DNA from: Acidobacteriota bacterium
GTDB taxonomy: Bacteria; Acidobacteriota; UBA890; WLXD01
DNA: 64,000 nt
Direction: 5' to 3'
Assembly (NCBI GenBank): GCA_963666215.2
Contig: CAXWPL010000002.1
Coordinates: 703,326 to 767,325 of the forward strand
The position numbers and the translations under genes were made by a program. This document shows, piece by piece, positions 51,847 through 59,945 of this stretch; the first letter of the stretch is position 1; each line of letters opens with the position of its first letter. A model generated the notes under the pieces. It searched no databases. It had not been told where the DNA came from and saw only the letters and a list, made by a program, of their open reading frames with translations.

Positions 51847-52070
51847 CTTTCTTATCTCTTGTATTTGCAGTGACTTAGAGGCATTGGGCGCGGCATCTGG
51901 TTAACGAAGACCTCGCGTGAGTCACCATAGAGTCACCGCGAAGACCCAGAAACGCCGTGCCCGCAGGGCAGGCTGCTGCCAACACGGGGCACCGGCGCGC
52001 CAGGTCGCTGCTGAGGCCCGTGTGCAGCACTCGCCTGCGCTTGAGGCGACCGCTCGCACCGATTGCTGCT

Positions 52071-52138
52071 GGGCGCATCCGCGGTAGAGTGCCATCTTCA
52101 CACGGTGGAAGTCGCAGGTTCGAATCCTGCTGCGCCCA
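52071..52138 (+). tRNA. tRNA-Val (CAC) with damaged D-arm (probable pseudo-tRNA)
   Basis: Intact acceptor (GGGCGCA/TGCGCCC), anticodon arm CCATC-TTCACAC-GGTGG and T-arm; D-stem 5' strand missing (68 nt). Confidence 0.8.
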
Positions 52139-52358
52139 CTTCTATAAACCGTTCATAATCAGAGACTTACGGCAAAAACATCGAGGCAGATGAAGGGTCG
52201 CGAGGCGCGATCGGCGTAACCATGGCGTAACTTTCGCCGGCAGATCCGCGCGCCGCGAGCGAGTGTCTGGCGGTGCGCCCCGTTTACGGGACACGGTCCT
52301 GCCCCCACACCCCGCACTTGTCCAGCGGCAGCTAGGGCGGATCCGGATCCGCCTTTGC

Positions 52359-52430
52359 GCCAGCGTAGCTCAGTGGCAGAGCAGCTGATTCGTAATCAGC
52401 AGGTCCGCGGTTCAAATCCGCGCGTCGGAT
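52359..52430 (+). tRNA. tRNA-Thr (CGT) with mismatched 3' acceptor strand
   Basis: GCCAGCGTAGCTCAGTGGCAGAGC, CTGATTCGTAATCAG, GGTTCAAATCC; 3' CGTCGGA instead of CGCTGGC. Confidence 0.88.
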
Positions 52431-52450
52431 CTTTGAAATCAATAAGTTAG

Positions 52451-52477
52451 GGCTCGCCAGTTGGCGAGCCTTTTTTT
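52451..52477 (+). terminator. Rho-independent terminator after tRNA-Thr
   Basis: GGCTCGCC-AGTT-GGCGAGCC followed by T7. Confidence 0.85.
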
Positions 52478-52582
52478 GTAGCAATCAGATAGCAAGCAGA
52501 ATGGCGGGTTTCACAGCCGCGCTCACAGGCCCAGAATGTTGATGGCTGGTCCCTGCGGCGGAAGAACGGGTCCGAAGAGGGC

Positions 52583-52831
52583 TCACTCGGTCAAATTCAA
52601 GCGCGCCGCGAAAGTGTGCTCCTCCACGCCGAGCGCCAAGGCCACCTGTCGTTCGCCTCGGTCCCAGGTGATTCTGACTAGAAGCCGCAGATCCGTGCCG
52701 AACCACTGCTCCGCAAAGTCGGGGGCATTCTCGTCTACCGGAAGAAACGCAGCGGTCTCCTGGCCATCCGGATGGGCAAGGTAGAGAGCACCCGCGGGCG
52801 CTGGGCGCGTTCTGGCCAGTTCGAGGTTCAC
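52583..52831 (-). CDS. Hypothetical protein or 3' remnant of a gene cut by the IS3 element
   Basis: 82-aa ORF with protein-like composition starting ~35 bp from the IS3 left end. Confidence 0.35.
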   Translation of the reverse strand: MNLELARTRPAPAGALYLAHPDGQETAAFLPVDENAPDFAEQWFGTDLRLLVRITWDRGERQVALALGVEEHTFAARLNLTE

Positions 52832-52935
52832 GGTCTCCTCACGGTCGATTCGGCGCTCCCCTCTCTGCCAACGTGGGGTGAGACGATGGAGGTTGGATAA
52901 TTACTGAGGAAGAGGGCGAGGTCGGAGACACAAGA

Positions 52936-53427
52936 ATGTCGGAGTTGAGCAACAGCGGTGCAGGAGACCACGAGGCCACCGGACGTCCGGTGCAGGGAGC
53001 CGGAGGCGACCGAAAGCGGACGTCGCGCGAGCCCGCGGTCCCGGCCCCCGACCCCCAGTTGGTCGAGCGATCACGGCGCCGCAAGTTCACCGCCGAGTAC
53101 AAGGTCCGGGTGGTGCGCGAGGCGGACGGGTGCTCGAAGCCCGGCGAGGTCGGCGCGCTGCTGCGGCGCGAGGGGCTGTACTCGTCGCATCTGTCGGTGT
53201 GGCGCAAGCAGCGTGACGCCGGGGCATTGGTGGCGCTGGCTAAGCTACGCGGCCGGCCGGCGCCCGATCCCCGAGACGCGCAGCTTGCCAACCTGCGTCG
53301 CCGAGCCGAGCGGGCCGAGGCGGAGCTCGAGAAGGCACGGCGAGTAATCGAGGTGCAGGGAAACGTCTCCGCGCTTCTGGGAGAGCTGCTCGAGCCCAGG
53401 GGCGCCAACGCGACTACCAAGCGATGA
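52936..53427 (+). CDS. IS3-family transposase OrfA
   Basis: RRRKFTAEYKVRVV, LRREGLYSSHLSVWR, coiled coil. Confidence 0.9.
   Translation: MSELSNSGAGDHEATGRPVQGAGGDRKRTSREPAVPAPDPQLVERSRRRKFTAEYKVRVVREADGCSKPGEVGALLRREGLYSSHLSVWRKQRDAGALVALAKLRGRPAPDPRDAQLANLRRRAERAEAELEKARRVIEVQGNVSALLGELLEPRGANATTKR
53358..53405 (+). promoter_or_regulatory. Putative -1 programmed ribosomal frameshift signal
   Basis: In-frame G GGA AAC heptamer; 11-bp stem GCGCTTCTGGG/CCCAGGGGCGC starting 6 nt downstream; -1 frame open into orfB. Confidence 0.65.
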
Positions 53428-54428
53428 TCGAGCAGACCGTCGAACAACTCACTCCCATCATCGGGACTCGCCCGGCGTGCCGGACGCTGGGCGCCTCGCA
53501 CGCGACGATCTACCGCCGCCGTCGGCCGCCTGCGCGCCGACCGAGCCGTCCGCGGCCCAAGCCGGCGAGGGCGCTGTCGGAGCCTGAACGTCACGAGGTG
53601 CTCGCCGAGTTGCATAGTGAGCGCTTCGTCGACTGCGCTCCTGCCCAGGTATGGGCGACGCTGCTGGACGAAGGCCGCTACCTGGCATCGGAGCGCACGA
53701 TGTACCGGATCCTCGCCGCCCAGGGCGAGGGCGGCGAGCGGCGCAACCAGCTCGTGCACCCGCCCTACAACGAGCCCGAGCTGCTCGCCGAGCGCGTCAA
53801 TGAGGTGTGGTCGTGGGACATATCCAAACTGCGAGGCCCTGCCAAGTGGACCTACTTCTACCTGTACGTCATCCTCGACGTGTTCAGCCGCTACGTGGTG
53901 GGCTGGACTCTCCAGCACCGCGAGAGCGGTCCCTTGGCCGAGCAGCTCATCGACCAGGCGCTGCTCCAGCAACGCATCGGACCTGATCAGCTCACCATCC
54001 ACGCCGACCGCGGCAGCTCGATGACCTCCAAGCCGGTCGCCTTCCTGCTCGCCGATCTCGGGGTCACCAAGACACACTCGCGGCCCTACACCTCGTCGGA
54101 CAATCCCTACTCGGAGGCCCACTTCAGGACGCTCAAGTACCGACCCGAGTTCCCTGCTCGCTTCGAGTCGATCGAACACGCCCGTCTCTTTTGCCGCATG
54201 TTCTTCCACTGGTACAACCACCAGCATCGCCACTCGGGCATCGGCCTGATGACTCCGGCGACGGTGCAGTATGGGCTCGCCCAGCAGACCCGCGACCGGC
54301 GTGCCGAAGTCCTGCTGGCCGCCTACCGGGCGCGACCTGAGCGCTTCGTCAACCACCCGCCCCGACCGCCGGCGATCCCCACCGCCGTCTGGATCAACAA
54401 GCCTGCCACCCTCGAGAATGCTCACTAA
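53424..54428 (+). CDS. IS3-family transposase OrfB (DDE integrase core)
   Basis: WSWDISKL, LDVFSRYVVGW, HADRG, DNPYSEAHFRTLK, YNHQHRHS. Confidence 0.93.
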   Translation: MIEQTVEQLTPIIGTRPACRTLGASHATIYRRRRPPARRPSRPRPKPARALSEPERHEVLAELHSERFVDCAPAQVWATLLDEGRYLASERTMYRILAAQGEGGERRNQLVHPPYNEPELLAERVNEVWSWDISKLRGPAKWTYFYLYVILDVFSRYVVGWTLQHRESGPLAEQLIDQALLQQRIGPDQLTIHADRGSSMTSKPVAFLLADLGVTKTHSRPYTSSDNPYSEAHFRTLKYRPEFPARFESIEHARLFCRMFFHWYNHQHRHSGIGLMTPATVQYGLAQQTRDRRAEVLLAAYRARPERFVNHPPRPPAIPTAVWINKPATLENAH

Positions 54429-54468
54429 TTACTCGTGACCACCGTCTCATCCGCGTTGACAGGCACCG

Positions 54469-55869
54469 TTGAGCTGGCCGCTTCCCACCGAGCTGGATGA
54501 GGCGACGATCGAGGCGAAGCTGTTCCCGCCGGCGCCGCCGACGGGGACAGAGCGGCCGATGCCGCACTGCGCCTGGATCCACCAGGAACTGCGGCGGCCC
54601 GGGGTGACGCTGCAGCTGCTCTGGCACGAGTATCTTGAGGCGCATCCGGAAGGGTTCCGCTACACACAGTTCTGTGTGCGGTATCGCGAGTGGCGCAGCA
54701 AGCTGCGGCCAGCGATGCGGCAGGTGCATCGTGCCGGCGAGAAGACGTTCGTCGACTTCTCCGGCAAGCGGCCCCACATCGTGGAGCGGCGCACCGGCAA
54801 GATCGTTCCCGTCGAGCTGTTCGTGGGCGTGCTGGGGGCCAGTTCGCTGACCTACGCAGAGGCGACAGCTAGCCAGGATCTGGGGTGCTGGATCGACGCC
54901 CACGAGGGGATGCTGGAGTACTTCGGCGGGTGCACCCAGATATGGGTCTGCGACAACCTCAAGAGCGGCGTTACCACCGCCAGCCGCTACGATCCCACCG
55001 TCAACCGCACCTACGCCGACCTGGCCGAGCACTACGGTGCCGCGGTCATCCCGGCTCGGCCCTATCGGCCCAAGGACAAAGCCAAGGTCGAGGCGGCGGT
55101 GCTGCTGGCGCAGCGCTGGATCCTGGCAGCTTTGCGGGACGAGACCTTCTTCGGTCTCGACGATCTGAACCGCCGCATCCGTGAGCTGCTCGATCGGCTC
55201 AACGATCGCCCCTTACAGAAGCTCGGCGTGTCTCGCCGTGAACTGTTCGAGCGCCTCGATCGGCCAGCTCTCAAGCCGCTTCCCGCCGGCCGCTACGAGA
55301 TCACTTCCTGGACGCCGTGCCGGGTCAACATCGACTACCACGTTGCTGTCGAGCGCAACGACTACTCGGTTCCCTATCAGCTCGTACACGAGCTGGTCGA
55401 GGCACGCTACACGCGCTCGGTGGTAGAGGTCCTCTTCAAGGGCAAGCGCGTGGCCTCGCACCCCAGGCTCCAGGGCAAGGGCGGCTGCTCGAGTCGGCCC
55501 GAGCACATGCCCGCAGCACACCGTGCGCATGCCCAGTGGAGCCCATCGCGGCTGATGAGCTGGGCTGACAATACCGGTCCGGCCGCTTCCCGCGTCGTTG
55601 CCGATCTGCTCGCCTCGATGCCTCACCCCGAGCAGGGGTATCGATCTTGCCTCGGGCTGCAGCGGCTCTCGAAGCGCTACGGCACCGACCGTCTCGAAGC
55701 CGCCTGCGATCGCGCCGACAAGCTCGGCTCGTGTCGCTATCGAACCGTCCGGAACATCCTCGCCAGCGGCATGGACAGGGTGCCGCTCCACGACCAGTAC
55801 ATCGGCTCCGTGCCCACCCACGACAACATCCGTGGTGCTGCCTACTACGCCAAGGACACCTCATGCTGA
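54469..55869 (+). pseudogene. istA: IS21-family transposase IstA, N-terminal HTH missing
   Basis: Starts at (L)SWPLP; GEKTFVDFSG, CDNLKSGV, PKDKAKVE, DYHV, YSVPY; C-terminal HDNIRGAAYY. Confidence 0.88.
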
Positions 55870-56615
55870 ACCAGCCGACTCTCGAGAAGATGCACTCCAT
55901 GAAGATGCTCGCCATGGCCGAGGCCTTCGAGCAACAGATCGAATCGAGCTCTCACTCCAAGCTGAGCTTCGAGGAACGGCTGGGCATGCTGCTCGATGCC
56001 GAGTACACGGCCCGCGAGCAACGCAAGCTCACCCGCCGGCTCCAACAAGCCAAGCTGCGCCAACCCGGTGCCTGCATCGAGGACATCGACTTCAAGGCCC
56101 GCCGTGGTCTCAACCGGCAGGCACTGATGGCACTGGCCCGCTGCGACTGGATCCACGAATCGCTCAACGTCATGATCACCGGACCCACCGGCACCGGTAA
56201 AACTTACTTGGCCTGCGCCTTGGCCAACAAAGCCTGTCGCGCGGGCTTGACGGCCTACTACGTGCGCGGCTCCCGGCTCCCCCAGGACATGGCCATCGCC
56301 CGCGGCGATGGCTCCTACCCCAGACTGCTGCGGCGCATCACGCGCACGCATCTTCTGATCATCGACGACTGGCTGTTGACGCCGTTCACCGACGCCGAGC
56401 GTCGCGACATCCTCGAGGTCATCGAGGATCGGCACGAGCGAGCGGCTACGCTGATCGCCTCGCAGCTACCGATCTCGGCTTGGCACGAGGCACTCGGTGA
56501 GCCGACCGTGGCTGACTCGATCTGCGATCGGCTCATCCACGCTGCGCACAAGCTCGAGCTCAAGGGCCGTTCGATGCGGGAAATCCGCGCCGCTGAGCGC
56601 GACTCGGGCGACTAG
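55863..56615 (+). CDS. istB: IS21-family helper ATPase IstB
   Basis: GPTGTGKTYLACAL, LLIIDDW, IEDRH, ASQLP, DRLIH. Confidence 0.95.
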   Translation: MLNQPTLEKMHSMKMLAMAEAFEQQIESSSHSKLSFEERLGMLLDAEYTAREQRKLTRRLQQAKLRQPGACIEDIDFKARRGLNRQALMALARCDWIHESLNVMITGPTGTGKTYLACALANKACRAGLTAYYVRGSRLPQDMAIARGDGSYPRLLRRITRTHLLIIDDWLLTPFTDAERRDILEVIEDRHERAATLIASQLPISAWHEALGEPTVADSICDRLIHAAHKLELKGRSMREIRAAERDSGD

Positions 56616-56665
56616 ATCATGCGCCTGGTAGCTGCCTCACCACATCGGGCCCGGCCGCCGCCGAC

Positions 56666-56759
56666 CGGCTGTGGATCCTGCCGGGCCCGTGGAAAACGCT
56701 TCGCGTTTACCACCGTCCCTTGGACGGCGCTCCGCGCCGCCACACAGGCTCCACAGCCG
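56666..56759 (+). other. Multi-stem structured non-coding segment in the IS21 3' region
   Basis: Closing stem CGGCTGTGGATCCTG/CAGGCTCCACAGCCG (14/15) enclosing hairpin GTGGAAAACGC-TTC-GCGTTTACCAC. Confidence 0.6.
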
Positions 56760-56827
56760 CTGCTCCTGTTCTTCCAACAACCACTCTCAAGAAAGAGATA
56801 ACCTACCGTCGCTTCGCTCCGATCAAG

Positions 56828-56895
56828 TGATCACCATCAGCCGTAACAGCTGATCACCTTGCCGAAACAGGCGATCACAATCGCCGAAATACGCA
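56828..56895. repeat. IS21 right end with repeated terminal motifs
   Basis: Three GATCAC-N3-6-GCCG(A/T)AA repeats ending in AAATACGCA. Confidence 0.8.
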
Positions 56896-57596
56896 GTCTG
56901 GCTCTACCACCGGTTCTGCCTGAGCCTCCGAGACGTCGAGGATCTGCTGGCCGAGCGCGGGGTCGAGGTCACCTACGAGACGATTCGGCGGTGGTGTGGG
57001 AAGTTTGGCCCCGACTACGCCCGAAAGCTACGTCAGCGACAGGGTCGTCTGGGGGACACGTGGTTCCTGGACGAGGTGTTCGTCACGATCCGCGGGGAGC
57101 GCCACTACCTGTGGCGCGCCGTTGATCAGGACGGCGACGTGATCGACATCTTGGTGCAGCGACGGCGAGACGGGCGTGCGGCTGAGCGGTTCTTCCGCAA
57201 GTTGCTGAAAGGGCAAGGGAGCGAACCGCGATGGTTGATCACCGACAAGCTCAGAAGCTATGGGGCCGCGCACAGAAGCGTGATGCCGTCAGTGGAACAT
57301 GTCACCGTGCGCTACGCGAACAACCGAGCCGAGGTCTCGCATCAGCCGACTCGCCAGCGGGAAAGGCAGATGCGGCGGTTCAACTCAGCAGCGCAGGCTC
57401 AACGTTTTCTGGTCGTACACGGTGCCGTTCTCAACCTCTTCCGACTTGGACGGCACCGCTTGCGAGCAGCAGACTACCGGCTGCTGCGCGCCCGATCCAT
57501 GATGGCCTGGCAGGAAGCCACCGCTTCCTGAGAAGCCGTCTCTGCGGATGCAGGACTCACTGGGCGGAAGGCTCGGGCGGTTAAGTTGACAGTGCC
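56896..57596 (+). mobile_element. IS6-family element, 5'-truncated (transposase remnant 56896-57531)
   Basis: VWLYHRFCLSLRDVEDLLAERGVEVTYETIRRW, WFLDEVFV, YLWRAVD, TDKLRSY, NNRAEVSH; right IR ...TTAAGTTGACAGTGCC. Confidence 0.9.
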
Positions 57597-57623
57597 CCGG
57601 ATGCTCTTCTGCATGAACCCCAG

Positions 57624-59945
57624 TCACGGAGCCTGGGACCGTGCCGCGATCAGCCTACGCAGAAACCACCAGGCTGTCAGCAAGAGCATAATGCCTAGCG
57701 GAAGTAGGAGCCAAGATGTCAGCGTCCTCGACGCATTATTCTCTCGTTCCAACACTCGTTCCGGCAACATGAAGACAAAGATCGCGTTGAGGCCCTGCGG
57801 AGGCCTTATTTCGTGGTGCAGGTACAAGACCCGTTTTTCGGGAGAGGCAGTATCCCCCCCCACGGGGATCGCTACATATTGGCGTTGGTCGATAGCGTAA
57901 CTGATGGCGCTCCCGGAAACGGGCCCGCTCACGATTGTCTCCCAGAGTACTTCCCCTGTCGAAGCGTCGAGAGCCTTGAACCGGCGGTTGACGTCGCCGC
58001 CGAACACCAGCCCCCCGCCCGTAGACAGCAAAGTGCCAATCATGCCTGCTCGCTGTTGATGAAGCCATTCGGTGCGCCCGTCGGTGAGATCTACAGCCAC
58101 TACCTGACCCACCTTGTACGGTTCCGGCAATGTCGGGTCCTTCAAGAAGATCCTGCTTGTTGCGTAGCCTTCGGCCGGCGTCGGCTTGTCGGTGATCCCG
58201 GTCATATACATGCACATGTTCTGAAGGGGCTGATACATCAACCCGGTGCGCGGGCTGTAAGCTCCGGCGGGCCAGTTCTTACCACCCCCGCTGGACGGAC
58301 ATACGAGGATCTTCTCGAACGGCCCCACGATGACGTCCTCGTTGACCGACACCTTCCCGGTCGCGGGGTCGATGTCGGTGATCACGTTCTGGTGGAGCGT
58401 CTGGCGCGCCCAGAGGAACTCCCCGGTCTCCCGATCGAGCGTGTAGACGATCCCGGTCTTGCCGGGCATACCGGTGATCACGCGGCGCCGCTCACCGAGA
58501 GTGACGTTCGGGCTGATCCACTCCACCTCGGAGGGGTCCGGTGCGACCTCGACGTCCACCAGGAATCGCTCGAAGACGTGGTCGAGATCCCAATTGTCGC
58601 GCGGCAGGTGCTGGTAGTACCAGACGATCTCGCCGGTGTCGGCATCGGTGGCGATGGTGCTGTTCGAGTAGAGGACATCGAGCCCTGCCGTACCCCGCAG
58701 TACCTCGAGAGACGGCGCGGGGACGGAGGTCCCCCAGTAGATCAGATTGAGGTCCGGGTCGTAGCTCGGGACGTTGCCCCATGTGTTGATGTGCAGGCGC
58801 TCCTCCCACGGCACGTCGCCCCAGGTCTCGTCCCCGGGCTCACCCGGCTTCGGAATCGTGTAGGTCCGCCATAACTCCTGGCCTGTGCGTGCGTCGTGTG
58901 CGGCAATGTAGCAGATTCCCGGGCCACCCACCGCGCTGCAAGACCGCCCGCTGACGACCTTCTCATCAACGATGAAGGGCCCTCCCATGTGGCCGATACC
59001 CGAGCCTGGTTCCGCTTCCTTGGTCTGCCAGACAATGGAGCCATCCACGGCACTGAGCGCTAGGAGGAAGCCGTCCGAAGTGAACGTGTAGATCTTGTCC
59101 TCGAAAATCGCCAGGTTGCGCAGGTTGCGAACCCGTCGACGCTCCTGCCCGCCCCTGCGATACTCCCAAATCAAATCTCCGGACCGCCCATTGAGCGCCT
59201 GGATGACATCGCCGGGATGGGCCAGGTACATCACCCCGTCATGAACGAGTGGTGTCGTGTACTGTCCACCGGATTCCATGGCCCGGGACCAGGCGAGTTG
59301 TAGATTATCGACATTGCGGGTCGTTATTTGTCTCAGAGGACTGTAGCCCCATCCTCGATAGTTACCCCGGAACATCAACCAGTCGGAATCGGGCGGCTCC
59401 TCCAACATGCCGCCAGTGACAGGCTGATAGTCTTCTACCCGGTCTTGGGCAGCGGCCTCCGGATCGACAGTCTCGACCTCCGGGTCGCTGAATCTGCGTA
59501 CGAACGCGACCAGCCCCAGTAAATCGTCTCCGCCGATGCCTGGACTCGGCGGCATCTGAAAGGCGCCGTAACGAACGATCCTGGCGATATCAGAGTCCGT
59601 GCGGCCTGACATGAGTGGGGCCTTGCGCAGATCCGCTGGTGTAACCGCCGGGAATCCACCTGATGGCGGGTTTCCCTCGCCCGACGCTCCGTGACAGCTT
59701 CCACAGCTCCTCTCGTAGACCCTGCGACCACGCGCCAGTAATTCCGGAGTGATGGCTATGCCCACCACGGCCCCACCCCTCGGCGCTTCGAGCTGCCCCT
59801 GCTGCTCCTCGCCGCTGCCCTGGCCGACCCCAGCCGACATGAACAGCACCGACGTCGACGCCAGTGCCGTACTGCACAGGAGCATCCATGTGCTTGACAG
59901 GTGCCTCCGTTTCCGCTGCCTCCTACCGACTACGGGCCGCATCAT
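57624..59945 (-). CDS. PQQ-dependent dehydrogenase with N-terminal c-type cytochrome and C-terminal TM
   Basis: Signal-like segment; CGSCH heme motif; YSPLRQIT..NV..LQLAW; beta-propeller W motifs; DNWDLD; GGKNW; C-terminal hydrophobic helix. Confidence 0.88.
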   Translation of the reverse strand: MMRPVVGRRQRKRRHLSSTWMLLCSTALASTSVLFMSAGVGQGSGEEQQGQLEAPRGGAVVGIAITPELLARGRRVYERSCGSCHGASGEGNPPSGGFPAVTPADLRKAPLMSGRTDSDIARIVRYGAFQMPPSPGIGGDDLLGLVAFVRRFSDPEVETVDPEAAAQDRVEDYQPVTGGMLEEPPDSDWLMFRGNYRGWGYSPLRQITTRNVDNLQLAWSRAMESGGQYTTPLVHDGVMYLAHPGDVIQALNGRSGDLIWEYRRGGQERRRVRNLRNLAIFEDKIYTFTSDGFLLALSAVDGSIVWQTKEAEPGSGIGHMGGPFIVDEKVVSGRSCSAVGGPGICYIAAHDARTGQELWRTYTIPKPGEPGDETWGDVPWEERLHINTWGNVPSYDPDLNLIYWGTSVPAPSLEVLRGTAGLDVLYSNSTIATDADTGEIVWYYQHLPRDNWDLDHVFERFLVDVEVAPDPSEVEWISPNVTLGERRRVITGMPGKTGIVYTLDRETGEFLWARQTLHQNVITDIDPATGKVSVNEDVIVGPFEKILVCPSSGGGKNWPAGAYSPRTGLMYQPLQNMCMYMTGITDKPTPAEGYATSRIFLKDPTLPEPYKVGQVVAVDLTDGRTEWLHQQRAGMIGTLLSTGGGLVFGGDVNRRFKALDASTGEVLWETIVSGPVSGSAISYAIDQRQYVAIPVGGDTASPEKRVLYLHHEIRPPQGLNAIFVFMLPERVLERENNASRTLTSWLLLPLGIMLLLTAWWFLRRLIAARSQAP

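Larger units (their letters stand above)
52866..54461 (+). mobile_element. IS3-family insertion sequence (boundaries approximate)
   Basis: Imperfect IRs TGCCAACGTGGGGTGAGACGATGG / reverse complement TGTCAACGCGGATGAGACGGTGG; orfA/orfB. Confidence 0.85.

Noticed and set aside
56828-56895. Short repeats as a CRISPR array
   Set aside because: No spacer structure or cas genes; explained as IS21 terminal repeats. No CRISPR array was seen anywhere in the window
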